DNA from: Caecitellus pseudoparvulus
Taxonomy: Eukaryota > Protista > Bigyra: Bicosoecida
Direction: 5' to 3'
NCBI GenBank assembly: GCA_965644315.1
Contig: CBFFRQ010000069.1
Span: 682,001-746,000 of the forward strand
Length of the DNA stretch: 64,000 bases
Within the stretch, counting starts at the first letter, position 1, and every line of letters starts with the position of its first letter. Positions 22,401-33,419 of this stretch are shown here, piece after piece. The notes beneath the pieces are model-generated. The model was not told where the DNA came from, ran no database searches, and was given only the letters and a program-made list of their open reading frames with translations. Both the position numbers and the translations under genes were made by a program.

Positions 22401-24647
22401 AGACAGAAAGGCACCTGAAGCGGACTGCTTGGCCAAGGACTCGGCTGCCACGCGCAGGCGGTGGCGCAGGTCACACTTGGCGAAGCGCACCACCATCTCC
22501 GTCAGCAGCTGTGTCTGCAAGAGGTACAGCGTGGGCTTGATATGGAGCAGGACTGCGGGGAGGTACCGCATGTTCACGCCGCGGCGATGCATGCTCTGTC
22601 CGAGCTGCTGAGAGGTGCTCGAGGGCAGGGCTCGGACAGACAGCTCGTCCGCCAGGCGTGGAATGATGGTTTCCTGCAGGAAGTTGGAAGCCCCTGCCAC
22701 CTCCGCGTTGTGCTCAGCTGCGTTGTGCGCGCCAAACCCCGTGAAGGCGTCGGACGACAGCGGCACGGTGCTAGCTGCCAGCAGCTCTGGCCGGAGCAGT
22801 TTGTGCAGGTGCACACCACGGGCCGGCATCAGCACCAAAGCGGTGCCATACACATCGCCCTGCGTGATGCCGGTGATCCTGTGGTTCAGCATCAGCCCCG
22901 ACGACACATCGAGGTTCACGCCCTGGCTGCCGTCTTCGTCAGACTTGATGAGGCTGGGGGTTTTGGACCACTCCATGGCTTCTGCGACGGCAGCGGCCTC
23001 TTCGTCATCATCGTGCCCTCGCTTGGCGGGGAGAGCTGCCGTCTGCCGCTCGGCCTGCTGCGCCGCGACAGAGGCTCGCTGCACACCGCGCCCTTCTGAC
23101 GTCACGCCTGTGAACACATTGTACCCACTTCCGTGCGAATCCTGTTCCAGCTCCAGGTCTACATCGGGTGCCGGGTGTGCTCCAGTGCTCACTTGCCCAC
23201 CCACAGCAGTCGCGACAGCAGCGACAACGTCGTCGTCAGCAGTGTGAGCTGGAGCAGTTCCCGGCGAGCCAGCGGCCGCTGCCCCACTCGGGGCGGCGGA
23301 CCTGTGTCCAAATTTTCGGTGGCGGCGTTGCCAAGACACCCACGCCCGCTGCGAAAAATCAGTCGCGCCGATGGAAGCAATGACGGCCGGGTGCCGCGGA
23401 TTCAGACTGGCAATGTGCACACGGTAGCCGGCGATGACTGCATCATGCAGCAGGAGAGCTCCTTGTGACAGGTCCCCGCCCTTGTTGGCATGGCGCCAGC
23501 CGCCCTCAACGGCTGGCCCAACAGGGACATTGTGCAAGTGTGCGAGCTCCTGCGCCACCGATACCTTCCAGGTCTTCGCTGGGATCATGCCAGGCAGCAT
23601 GCCTGACGCCGGGTGGGGCGGCATCAGCATGCTGCGGACGTTCTTGGCACCCTCCAGCGCCGTGAAGTCTGGTGGCATGACACGGGCAGTGTCAAGTACA
23701 TACGTCCTGCCGTCCCTGCCTTTGTGGACTTCAATGTCGCATGGCCCGTACAGCGTCGTCTGCACTTCCCGAGTGCGCCCGACCACGTGCGGCTTCAAGT
23801 TCAACGCGCGGCCCGCCTCTGCCATGACCTGGGCGATGCTTGCATCGCACTGCACCGTCCGACCCGCATCCGCAGAGCCGTACTGCAGCGTGGAGCTGCC
23901 GATGGGCAGCACACTGGATACCAGCAGGCGCATGCCAAACACGTCCACCAAGGCCAGCAGCGGCGGCCTGACGCTTGGCAAGTCCAAGCCAGTGTACGCC
24001 TGAGCGCCTTTTAGCTCGTGCCCGGCGGCGATGCAGGCAGCAGCATCTGACCCATACAGCCCAGCCGAGTCCTTGGATGCGAACTTGAAGAACAGGCCGG
24101 CTGCGATGAACTTCTCCCCGCCAGCCACGCCACCCACGTCGACCGGCTTGATGAGTTTTGCATCAGCAGGCAGGCCCATCTCCAGCACGATCTGTGTGCC
24201 AAGAATCTGCGCCGCATTATTCATGTCCCGGCCCAGGTTCTGCAGCGCTTGCAGGCGCGCCACAGCGTCTTCGTGAACAGTGTGGGGCAAGTCCAGCGCT
24301 GCTTGAAACTCGTCGTTCCACTGCCTCTCCGGCGCTTCCAGGATGGCACGGGCTGCCGCATGGAAGTCAGAGATGGTGGAGGCCGATTCAATGGGTGCCT
24401 GTGGTGTGGTGCTTCCTGCCGCAGCCAGTCCCGCTTTGCCAGGTTCAGGCGTCTCCTTGCCCTTCGCACTCTCGGCAGCAGTAGCCGGCAGGTCAAAGGT
24501 GAGCAAGTCAGCGCCCGGGGCAGCGTACGCGTCAGGGGCGGCATCGTCTGAAAGCACCAGCCCGGGATCTGCGTCATACCTTCCATACGCTAGGCTGGCA
24601 TCGTAATCGTACTCGTCCCCAGCAAAGGGCAGGTACGGGTTCGCCAT
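19416..24647 (-). CDS. CLU-domain protein (Clueless-related; CLU + CLU-central + helical repeats)
   Basis: Probable ATG 24647; apparently intronless. GHELKG, LQYGSADAG, LNLKPH.VG, GPCDIEVHKGRDGRTYVLDTARVMPP, KLLRPELL, PLSSDAF and MHRRGVNMRYL. Confidence 0.85.
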   Translation of the reverse strand: MANPYLPFAGDEYDYDASLAYGRYDADPGLVLSDDAAPDAYAAPGADLLTFDLPATAAESAKGKETPEPGKAGLAAAGSTTPQAPIESASTISDFHAAARAILEAPERQWNDEFQAALDLPHTVHEDAVARLQALQNLGRDMNNAAQILGTQIVLEMGLPADAKLIKPVDVGGVAGGEKFIAAGLFFKFASKDSAGLYGSDAAACIAAGHELKGAQAYTGLDLPSVRPPLLALVDVFGMRLLVSSVLPIGSSTLQYGSADAGRTVQCDASIAQVMAEAGRALNLKPHVVGRTREVQTTLYGPCDIEVHKGRDGRTYVLDTARVMPPDFTALEGAKNVRSMLMPPHPASGMLPGMIPAKTWKVSVAQELAHLHNVPVGPAVEGGWRHANKGGDLSQGALLLHDAVIAGYRVHIASLNPRHPAVIASIGATDFSQRAWVSWQRRHRKFGHRSAAPSGAAAAGSPGTAPAHTADDDVVAAVATAVGGQVSTGAHPAPDVDLELEQDSHGSGYNVFTGVTSEGRGVQRASVAAQQAERQTAALPAKRGHDDDEEAAAVAEAMEWSKTPSLIKSDEDGSQGVNLDVSSGLMLNHRITGITQGDVYGTALVLMPARGVHLHKLLRPELLAASTVPLSSDAFTGFGAHNAAEHNAEVAGASNFLQETIIPRLADELSVRALPSSTSQQLGQSMHRRGVNMRYLPAVLLHIKPTLYLLQTQLLTEMVVRFAKCDLRHRLRVAAESLAKQSASGAFLSAAQRSQALKEVVAEFLCCVFGMGESADIWWLVYMPLGLRQKFGDIQVQFSRNCSLISPEATVAYEVRTTQRLDWDCDEAGELDPATARRMAMQRYMRLLAGLTLEGDLVNVDMRRLRAVTIPQALMEEILFTTGVIMAPEKYAAFMASPTDFWRASPFSAADILAVQSQVTPLVMPSTMVATCGTASTAESSDSQAALTAAVTLALQRSQSRETAAPATPSQGASSPPTSSAGATSAARSGLLSTVLVPRGVGDLHAIFGKQSLQAACFTIVQAQEQLQAGRVKDARDLFDLAWPQVEVLVQAATVHTKEYQVSHVAALLHGVHSGTGAERAAADAATRRQASLYIGFGHMPSLQDAAIGLLFFRALLEEASGNLQEAYNVAESCLDLLSARYGSADLMVPVTVESSALREAGLHNVTPNLLYSVAFVRVERGSLFTMAVVEVMLRILILQGASSIDVKLQTAANLTVSAASMKQPPLDEDIFLRVFGTRFPLTLQFMALMREGKPSLKRMRVSEKREDFDFDPYIATMDSRTALAQDYGTNVWKDFSLAEQQAAMALQKEWWANEITRMQSLQAVLHDVALVDVAHIQSLLAADGADDDGPGSLGEGETAKASEKDEHTAESRGELRDLPMLDMWDPRFDFLRPPSCRGDAAQAQRLAAQEAERKGHSWQPGSVIDKDDMPRGTGWTGVPRGVYVRTHTKSAMVSVAGEHVSLSSTRAIVIRPRPLLARESVGLLSEHFSHPSQDMSVGTSTSASKYDMPADPPGKYEVLRHATLYYDESTGWVGTIQQREAGVITSYTEEPVPFSPTHYIPVVAMAGLSSLKTETTGGYRNRTDMDQMLMVAAGPLWGCCGLPLMAGSDLMSETVADAGTMTAGSASAEALVTSNKTTMTLNLAPVVKQVMDKRGPGPHTMVDITGFRMFMVIMSSMTRIPSLCTTMSSYELPGGQLGLRNSTAFAETSRSVTESDAVEVGECSDEEIEAISSRVVKLPGSG

Positions 24648-24891
24648 TTTCACGCAGCGCCCGGGGTCAAGTTCCGCAGGTGATCCGTTCAGGGGGAATG
24701 CGTGGCTCAATGGCAAGCACAACGAGAAAATAAAATGGTTCATTCAGGTGAATGACCCGTCTTGAAATTCTCAGGTGCATGTCTTGTAGCGTCTGTCCGA
24801 GGACGCAGCTTCCTGCTGTCCCCACTGAGGGGGGGCACACCACGCCAGCTTGTCGCACCCGCTGCCTCACAGCACACAGCACGGTATTAAA

Positions 24892-26271
24892 ATGGCCTCC
24901 AAGGATTCCGCTCCCGGATTCCGTAGTGGGGTACTTGAGACTCTCCATGCCCTGGCAGAATCTGTGGCAGCGCTGCAAGCAGCTCAAGCCCGCAGCGCTG
25001 CCAAGGAGGCAGAGGCGCCAACGGCAGTCGGGTGCCGCAGTTTGGAGCGGCAGGTGCAGGAAGCCAAAGCCGCCTGCCTGGCGCAAGCTCGCGATGTACA
25101 GCGATTGGACCAGGCGGTGAAACGCATCGCCTCATCGCTGAAGCGGCACAAGGCTGCAGCACAGGCGCAGCCTTCTTCGGTTGGTGGCACCGTGCAACGG
25201 CAGCTGCAGCGGTGGACCCAGGCACAGCTTGCGCTGGTCAAAGACGCCGCAGCCGGCGATGTACAGGAACTGCACAGCCATGTCACACGCCTTGAGGGCC
25301 GGGTGCAGAACGCACAGGCAACGCAGCAGGCGAGTGTTGCCACTGTGGAGCGCCGCATGAAGCAGCGCCTTGCCCGCCTGTCTGCCGTGTCAAGCGCCGC
25401 GGCAGCTGACGCCCGTGCTGCAGCGGCGCAGCAAGGTGCAGTGCAGCGAGCCTTACATTCCTTGCGCCAGGCCGTCACAGAGCTGCGCCTGGAAGCTGCC
25501 TCGCAGCTGGCACAGCAGGCGAGCAGCCCCGACAAGCACAGACAAGCAGCGGGCCATGACGAGCCCGGCCTGAGGTCTGCGCTGGCTCGCCAATTTGACG
25601 CTGTGTCCGAGCGACTTGAGGGCTTGCAGCAACAGGTGACAGCGGCCCAGGGGCGGGCTGGCAAGGCCCGCCGAGATGCTGCCGCCATTGCGCAGCAGGT
25701 GCAGGCGCTTGCGGGCGCGGTGCAGAGTGAGGCGGCGTCAAGGAAGAAGCAGTTTGCAGCCCTGCAAAGCGCCCACCAAGAACTGCAGGCAGAGACACAT
25801 GCCATGCGTACAAGCCTCGCGGCGCGCATCACAGAGCTGGAAGCCTGGCGCGGCGAGAGCTCGACGCGCTGGGCTGGCCAGCTGCGCCAGACACAGCGCG
25901 CACTGCGGGACGCGACGTCCCTGGCCAGTGCACAGCGCTCCAGAGACGAGCGCATGGCTCAGGCTCTCAGCCGCAGTGGCGGGGGAGGGGCAGGGGGTGT
26001 CTTTTCCCCACCCACACACGGGCCGGCGACGCCACGCGACCCGCGGCTGCCTGCCACAGCGCCCACGGCGCCACCCGATAGCCCGACCTCTGTCAGGCTC
26101 GAAGCAGTGTTTGCAGGCCTGGATGACAGCGTGGAGGACATGTTTCGTGCGGCAGGAGTAGCGGGCAGGGCCAGCGCGCCTAGCTCTCTCGCAGGTTACA
26201 GCGGGGAGTTTGCCACGCAGGACAACACGTCCATGGACATCTTCAAGCTGGCTGCGAAGGCAGACTTGTGA
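24892..26271 (+). CDS. Coiled-coil protein of unknown function
   Basis: Open frame from ATG 24892 (MASKDSAP); A/Q/L/R heptad-rich; 3' motif overlaps the stop codon. Confidence 0.7.
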   Translation: MASKDSAPGFRSGVLETLHALAESVAALQAAQARSAAKEAEAPTAVGCRSLERQVQEAKAACLAQARDVQRLDQAVKRIASSLKRHKAAAQAQPSSVGGTVQRQLQRWTQAQLALVKDAAAGDVQELHSHVTRLEGRVQNAQATQQASVATVERRMKQRLARLSAVSSAAAADARAAAAQQGAVQRALHSLRQAVTELRLEAASQLAQQASSPDKHRQAAGHDEPGLRSALARQFDAVSERLEGLQQQVTAAQGRAGKARRDAAAIAQQVQALAGAVQSEAASRKKQFAALQSAHQELQAETHAMRTSLAARITELEAWRGESSTRWAGQLRQTQRALRDATSLASAQRSRDERMAQALSRSGGGGAGGVFSPPTHGPATPRDPRLPATAPTAPPDSPTSVRLEAVFAGLDDSVEDMFRAAGVAGRASAPSSLAGYSGEFATQDNTSMDIFKLAAKADL

Positions 26272-26459
26272 ATGCAGCCCTTGTGTCGTCCTCGGAGGTA
26301 CATGGTGTCTGCGACGTGGCGTCGGCTGCGAGGTTCGCAGGCCAGAGCGACCACAATTCCCCACATCTCTGGCAACAAAACACTCCCAACTGGCAGGAAC
26401 GACGGCAAGAGACAGCGCCCCACTTTGTTTACTAGTTTTGGTCCCACGGGTACGCCTCC

Positions 26460-27915
26460 ATGTGGCACCACCGCAGTGCGCTGGCCCTGAGCGTGCTGTG
26501 TGTCGCATGGCGTTTCGCGGGGGTTTCTGGCCAGAGCGCCTTCGACACGTCATTTCAGCGCCGCTCAGAGGGTGACACCTTCCTCACGGACGTAAATGGT
26601 ACATGGTGCCCCCTTGAAGCCCCCCTTGCCGTCTTCATCCACGCCCCACTCTCTTCATGCAGGGTACTGCCAGCATTCCTTTGGAGGCAGAGTGTGTGCC
26701 TTGGCTTTGTACCTGCCAGTTGTCGTCTGCCCTCCCCTGCACAGCTGCTGGCCGCTCCTTGGTGCACAGGTACACGGGGGATGGACTGCAGTGGCCTCTT
26801 CTGCGTTGGACGCAGCGGCCCTTTCGGGGGTGTCCCGCCAGGAGGCAGCCCTGTCCTTCGCACCTGCCGACCTGCCGTCGCAGCGCTGCCACACGGGTCT
26901 GGTTGGGGCAGGCAGCTACAGTGCCGACGGCAGCCTCTTCAACGCATCCAACACTTGCCAGCACTATCCAGGGAACCCTGCACAGCTCCTGGGTGGCGCA
27001 GACTTGTGGGGGCGGCCCAGCACCTGTGGGTGCATGCAGGTTCCGCAGGTGCGTTGGGCCTTCGTCCCGCAAGCACCTTGCTCTGCGTGCCAACCCTTGA
27101 ACCGCGCGCTTGCTCAGTGTGACCGTGGCCATCAGTGCGATTTCGATTGTGGTTGCACTGTCAAGGACCAGGACGTCGCCCGGGCACTGCAAGCCGCGCT
27201 GCTGGAGCCTGAAGTGCTGCTGTGCGTTGAGCGGCGGCTTGCCGTTGCGCTGGCACCGGGGTGCAGCAACGCCTCGCCGCGCTTCGCAGATTCCATGCCA
27301 CGTTGCTGCTTGAGCGGGGGCTGCGCGAGAACGTCACGTGTGCCTGGAATGTCACGCATGAGCGCCAGTGTTTCGCCGCTACAGGCGGCGCCTCGCTGGA
27401 CTGTGACTTCACCCGCGGCCCTTCGCCAACAGCGTCGCCACTGGCTCGGGTCCCAGGCGCCAGGACAGAAGAACTCGCAGAAGCAGCCCACGTGAATGGG
27501 TCGCTTCCGCTCTCGTCTGTGTTCGTGCGGGGTTACTCCCTGCGCATCGAGCCCGTGAGCAGCCTGGGAAACCCAGCCGAATTGATTTGCCTGGATGAGG
27601 AGGCGGTGAGTGTGGGTCTCCAGCGCCACCCAACGCAGCACACACTCAGACCCCTCCCCCGTGCTCTGCGACCCTGTGCAGCATAATTATCGTCAGTGGG
27701 AGTGCTCTGTCCATGGTCTGTTTAGCGTGAGCGGCAGGAACAGCTCTGCCGCGAACGCCAGTGCCACGACGCTGCTGCCGACAACCTTCGAGCAGCATTT
27801 CGACATGGGCTTCTTGAAGACAGGTGGGCAGACAGTGTTGTATGTGCCCCACTGGTCCATCATCCTGCTGCTTTGCATGGTGCCATCATTGTTGGCCATA
27901 TGGCGGTGGTGTTGA
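26460..27915 (+). CDS. Cysteine-rich secreted/type-I membrane glycoprotein, unknown function
   Basis: Signal peptide MWHHRSALALSVLCVAW; several GT-AG introns link ORF pieces; many Cys residues and N-x-S/T sites; C-terminal hydrophobic segment WSIILLLCMVPSLLAIW. Exon structure is tentative. Confidence 0.6.
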
Positions 27916-27999
27916 AGCCGTCCCCAGTGTGTAGGCAGCCCCACTCGCCCCCCAAATACAATTCCACTCAGCAGTGTCCCCGGCGTACAGTTGGGAGCC

Positions 28000-29094
28000 A
28001 TGGCAGCTGCTCAGAGTGAGGGCGCTGTCGCTTCGGGGACAGAGGCTGCGCCGAGGGAGGCTGCAGGAGGTGCCCCGCCTGCGACTGAGCCGCACCTCCG
28101 CGCAGCTCCCAGCCCGCTCTCAGAGGAGACATGTTGCAGCATTGAAGTGGAGGGTGGCATGCTGGGGTGCCACCTCGTGGGCGACCTGGCCAAGGCGCAG
28201 TGCGTCGTGGCCGCAGTGCATGGAGCTGGGCAGAGCTGCCTTGTGTGGGGGCAGCTCCTGCACCAGCTGCGCAAGTTCCCCATCGCTGCCGTCCTGCTGG
28301 ATTTGCCTTGTCATGGGGCCAGCACAGGATTCAAGTGTGAAGAATTGTCGCTTGCCACCATGGTTCAGGCTTGTGGTGAGGCACTCGACAAAGTGCTTCA
28401 GGGCCGAGTGGCCTGGCCTAAATCCGCAGGGCAGCAGGGCACAGACAGCCCTCTGGGCCTTCCACTGGCCCTCATCGGGCACAGCGTCGGCGGAGGGGTT
28501 GTGTCATCCCTGTCACAGCAGGCTATGTGCGTCCCCGAGACGGAGACCCTCTGGCCGTGCATTCGTAAACACCTGCGTGCAGTGGCACTGCTTGACTGCT
28601 TGCCAGACCTGGCCCTGGAGGGCACAGACGCCTTGCGTGAGTTCCTGACCCAGCACCGGCCAGAGTCATTTACTTCCCTAGCTGAAGCGGCTGCGTGGCA
28701 TGTGCAGGCAGGCGTGCTGGCTTCCCAGGCAGCTGGTTTGGCCAGCCTCCCGGGCGCCTTGCGCCAGGAGCCTGGAGGGCGGTGGGTGTGGCGCACTGAC
28801 CTGCTGGCTGCCGAGGAGCACTGGGCTGACTGGCTGCAAGGCGCCACAGAAGGCATCTTGGCCCTGCCCCGTTCCGTGACTCTGCAAGCAGTGGTCAGCA
28901 TGCGGAACCCACCAGACGCAGGCACACTGCAGGGGGAGATGTCGGGGCGCGTGTCAACTGCTGTGCTGCCTGCCGGGCACCAGCTGCAAGAAAATGCGCC
29001 GGACAAGGTTGCCGCACTGCTGTGCAGGGTGTGGCTGCGCCATGGGCTGCTGGGGGTGCTGCCGGTGCCTGTGCAGTCTGCCCAGCCTGCTTGA
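28000..29094 (+). CDS. PPME1: Protein phosphatase methylesterase 1-like alpha/beta hydrolase
   Basis: HGAG, DLPCHG, GHSVGG nucleophile elbow, WRTDL..HW.DW..G and GHQLQENAPDKVA. Confidence 0.82.
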   Translation: MAAAQSEGAVASGTEAAPREAAGGAPPATEPHLRAAPSPLSEETCCSIEVEGGMLGCHLVGDLAKAQCVVAAVHGAGQSCLVWGQLLHQLRKFPIAAVLLDLPCHGASTGFKCEELSLATMVQACGEALDKVLQGRVAWPKSAGQQGTDSPLGLPLALIGHSVGGGVVSSLSQQAMCVPETETLWPCIRKHLRAVALLDCLPDLALEGTDALREFLTQHRPESFTSLAEAAAWHVQAGVLASQAAGLASLPGALRQEPGGRWVWRTDLLAAEEHWADWLQGATEGILALPRSVTLQAVVSMRNPPDAGTLQGEMSGRVSTAVLPAGHQLQENAPDKVAALLCRVWLRHGLLGVLPVPVQSAQPA

Positions 29095-29122
29095 CGTCAC
29101 AAGTGAGAATACATTTATGCGC

Positions 29123-31256
29123 TCAGAACTGCACGCCAGCTGCATGGCGAGGGGGCGTGACGACAGAGGGTCTAGACTGGCGCTCGGAAGCAGCTGCGTA
29201 GGCGGTGGCTGCCGCCGCGATGGCCTTCATGGGTGGCGTGGACACCATGGCCACTTTGCTGCGAAGCTGGGCTTCCAAGTCGGCAATGTCCCGGATGGTG
29301 TGCCAGTACAGCAGCAGCTTGCCGTGGGGAGAGGGGTCGCACCCACACAAGTACAAGTGATGCCGGGGGCAGGCCATCTTGGCTGTGCCGCACGTGCGGC
29401 AGAGGACCGCGGAGAGGTAGCAGGCTTTGCGGCATTTGACACATTCGCCCCGGGCGTCTGCGTCGTTCTGCACGAAGAATCGGCAGCCTTCGCCGAACCC
29501 ATGTGCGTCCAAGGCCTTGCGCTCCCGGACTTCGCACCTCAGGACGGTGTGCACTTCGTCGGCGATAGTGGTCAGCTGGGCCTTGGTAAACTCAGCCTTG
29601 GGGGACAGCGCCCACCGCGCCAGGTCCAACATGAGTTTCTCGTGACAGAACACAGAGGCACGGGGCGCCGCTGCTGAGCGGTACACTTCAATGGCCTTGC
29701 GACCCCACGGAATCCACTCTGTGAGGGCGAAGTTGCACGCCTCAGCGATGTTGAAGCCGAGGCTGAAGCCGCCGTGGTACGCTCGTGGCATGGTGATGAT
29801 GAACTCTCCTGGGTGCTGCACAGTGCGCACGACATTCACACCTGCCGCAGTGAGGGTGGACGGAGACAGCATGGTGGTGAGTTGGAAGAGCAGATCTGGG
29901 TCGCTCTTGAACTTCTCATGCAAGTGCGCCTTCATGACGCTCTCGAAAGCCGGCGCGTCGGAGCCGGGGACACCGTACCAGCACTTGGCCTCACCATGGT
30001 GCATGTAGTTGATGGAGAAGAGGTAGTTGTCTTCCACGTGCCAGCAAAATGTGGAGAAGAGCATGCCCATGTACAGCCAAGGGACGTTAATGCCGCCGAC
30101 AGCCTCAGACACGAGGCGCAGCAGAGACGACGGTAAGTGCGGCATGTTGTTCAGGTTCCAGCCCGTCTCACGGTAGTACTCGGAGTCTCCGAAGCGGGGG
30201 TGGACGGACGACTTTAGGCCCACTGAGAGGGGGTTCTCCTCCACCGTGTTGCGGTGTGCATGCCCGACGACGGCGTAGTCTTGAGCCTCTAGCGTCGTGC
30301 CACCCATGCCTCCCACCCCGACCTTTCGCGACCCCGCCCGAGCAAAGCAAGCCCGCTTCAGGAATCCACTGCTGTACGTTTCTGTGTCCTGGTCGTTGCC
30401 GTACTCCACCTCCAGCCCAGGCGTGCCCTGCTCGATGGTGCTCCAGTACTTTGCCTCCATGCGATGCGTCAGCAGCTCGTGTGAGCTCATGCGAGAGGCC
30501 TGGGGTGCTGCCAGACCACGCTCCTTGGCGGCAGCAGTAAGGTTCTCTTGTGTTGGCTGGAACTCCGGGAAGCGCGCCTTGAATGCGTCCGCCATGACCT
30601 TGTACTCCTGCAGCTTGTAGCTACGTCCGTCAGGGAAGGGCTCACCTTGTCCCAGCAGGTGCAGGCGCTGCAGGCGAGTGCAAAACGTCTGCTGTGCACA
30701 GCTTGCATCCAGCCCACATGGGGGGGACCACCCAGTGGGCGGAATCACCTTGATGATGCCGTACGGCATGCCAGCCTGGCTGATGGAGGAAATGTACTTC
30801 ATAGGATCTGCGAACTGCTCCATGGTCGGCCGGAAGACGGCGGCCTCCGGCAAGCTGAGTCCAGAGAAAGATGCACTCTGTGTACCCATTGGGGTGGGAA
30901 ATATCCATGCTGGGCACGCGTGGGCCCGAACACGGCCGCAAGCACAGGGAATGGCAGCCACCGCAACCGACACGTGCACGCACCTGGTCAACCAAGCTCT
31001 TCTGCAGCGCTGCACGCAGCTGCACGAGCTCCTCACGCCCCATGGAATCCGAAGAAGTTGTCACACTGGATCGGGGCCGCCGTGCCCGCTTGCTGCGGCG
31101 GGAGGCCCCGTCTCCACCGGAGGCGGCAGCTGGCGCGGCCTGCTGCAAGGTTCCTCCCGCAACGTGGCCTGCTTGGGGACCAGCCTGGCACGCTGCAGGC
31201 GCACCTTGAGCGAGACCTCCATGTCGCTCTCGTTTGCTGCCTCCCAGACTTGCCAT
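29123..31256 (-). CDS. KDM5-family JmjN-JmjC-C5HC2 histone demethylase
   Basis: ATG 31256; intron 30983-30878. JmjN PEAAVFRPTMEQFADP..YGIIKVIPP..W; JmjC GWNLNNMP, PWLYMGMLFSTFCWHVED, KCWYGVP, RAYHGGF; C5HC2 zinc finger ECVKC..CYLSAV.C..C..H. Confidence 0.93.
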
Positions 31257-32275
31257 TATTCTCCTGAGGTGGCGAGGGGGGCGCACGAAGGTGCAGGCAG
31301 TAACAGGCGGCGGAATTGTACACTGGCAGCACTTGGTGTTGGCGACAAGAAGAACGCGACAGTGCCAGGGAAAATGAATGTCACCATACACCCATGAACC
31401 GGCAACTAGAAGGCTGTTGCGTGTTTTCGCTGCCTTCAAGGTGTTCCTTGTGCTGGCGGTGGCATCACCAGCGTTGCACGAACCACGTCAACACAGCATC
31501 AAGCACGAGGCAGCCAAGCCACCGCAGCAGGGCTGCCTCGAAACCAGTGTGCCACCCAGAACGCATATTGAGACCTCTGCCTGCCGTCTTGGGCCTGGCA
31601 GAGGCGCATGCGGCGGAGGCAGCCCTTGGTCACGTGGGCAGCAAAAACGCTTCCCGGCACGGGCAGCTCTGGAGCAAGACGATGCGCTGCAACGCCGGAC
31701 AACAGCACCCACCGCCCGCGCAGCGCAGCACCCACCTCGGACTGCCTCGTGCAAGCTGTGATGCTGCAAGTGCCCCCCCTGTGGGAGACTCTCCCGTCTG
31801 TGGCTGAGCGGGGCCGGAACGTGGACCAGCGTGACTTGGCCGGGCTGGCTCTCTTTCTCTGCGCTGCTGGGAGTTCCTTGCCTTCCGGCACGCACACGTC
31901 CTGCTTGCCAGGCGGCTGCTTTGTGAGGCAGTGTGTGGCGGGTGTGGGGATGGGAAGGCAGGTTTGACTGATGTGAATTGCCAGATGTGGGGGATGTGTT
32001 CCCGGGCTCCGAAGCTCCGTGCAAGCAAATGCGATTTCAAGGCGCTCCGAAAACCAGGACAGCGATGACGGGCACTCCACGCTCCCCTGGTGGCACCAAC
32101 ACGTCCCTGGATGGTGCGGAGTGCAAGTTTATAGTCACTGGCCTGCGCCAAGTGGGCGACCTCGACTGTGCCGCCACTCTGGCAGGCTGTGCAGTCCCCA
32201 ACGCGCTGGGCAGGCATTTCAGGCGGCAAGTGCAGTGCACCTGCCCCGCCCCGGCAGCCACACTGCAAAACGGCC

Positions 32276-33419
32276 TCAAGGGCGCTTTTGGAGCCCTGCC
32301 TGCGACACGCAGCCTGCATCCCGGAACATCTCAACCCAGTCCTGAGCAACTTCTGCTGTGGGGGCCTGGAAAATCCACTCCCTCGCCCCTTTTGGGTTGG
32401 TGTCCGGGGATGTCGGCACAAGCTTGAACGTTGTGCCGGAGGAGTCATCATCACAGAGGCGCACGGTGTACAAATTCAGCGGGATCTTGCTGTCCCGGAT
32501 TGCACGCTCGCCCTCATCGTAGGATTGCCCTGCGCAGGAGTGACGTGGAGGCGCGGTGCGTGGGCACTGACGTGCCGGGCAGCTGGTGGAACACGCACGG
32601 TCATGGTAGTAGCTCATGAAGCCGGAGTCGAGGACAATGTACCGATTCTTGTACGCTCTGAACAGACCATGCTCCCCAGCCTTCTTCAGCCACCCTCCAA
32701 CGATAAGCGGCCCGTCCTGCTCGTCGCCTTCACCTTCGTCAGCCGCCTCCGCCTTGGCTGCCCAGTCGTCGTCCTGCTCCTCCCCATCATCAGCAGCACC
32801 GCCCTCGCCCAGACCCGCTGCTTCGGCCCGCAACTCGGCCACCTCCGCCTCGGACAGCATGGCGGAGCTGGAGGGGCGCCGCGTGGGGCCCTTGGCGGCC
32901 TCTGCCGCAACGGCAGCATCGCCCGGACTGGCGCCCGCCTCGGCTGGCGCACTGCCCCGCCCCTCAGCAGCGCTAAGATCTGCACTGTCACGGCTGCCTG
33001 GTGCTGCACCTGCACCCGAGGGGGGTGGCACTTCCCCGGCTCCTCCTTCATCTTCTGCAGCGGCTGCCTTCGACGGGCCGGGCTCCGGTGCCAAGGCAGC
33101 TTCTTCCACGGCAACATCTTCGATTGTAGCACCTTGGTCCGGTGCAGGGACACTCTGGGAACCTGCAGTCTCCTGTGCAGCGACGGCGCGACGCGATTGT
33201 GCACGAAGCAGGCCTTGCGGAAATCGCGCTGGGGCTCACAGGAATTGTGCTGCTTTCCTTGGGCACAGGCTTCGCCGTCTGAACAGGAGGAATGAATGCG
33301 AGCATGCCAATCGCATGGTGCAACAATGCACACCGTGATTCACTCACGCCGGCGTCGGCAGGCAGCGGCACGTCCTCAGGGGCATCAGCCCTGGCAGCCG
33401 AAGACGCCCCGCATCCCAT
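32276..33419 (-). CDS. N-terminally acylated PH-domain protein
   Basis: MGCGAS start; three short introns; acidic linker; PH domain GWLKKAGEHG..YKNRYIVL..MSYY..REWIFQA..QDWVEMF. Confidence 0.8.
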
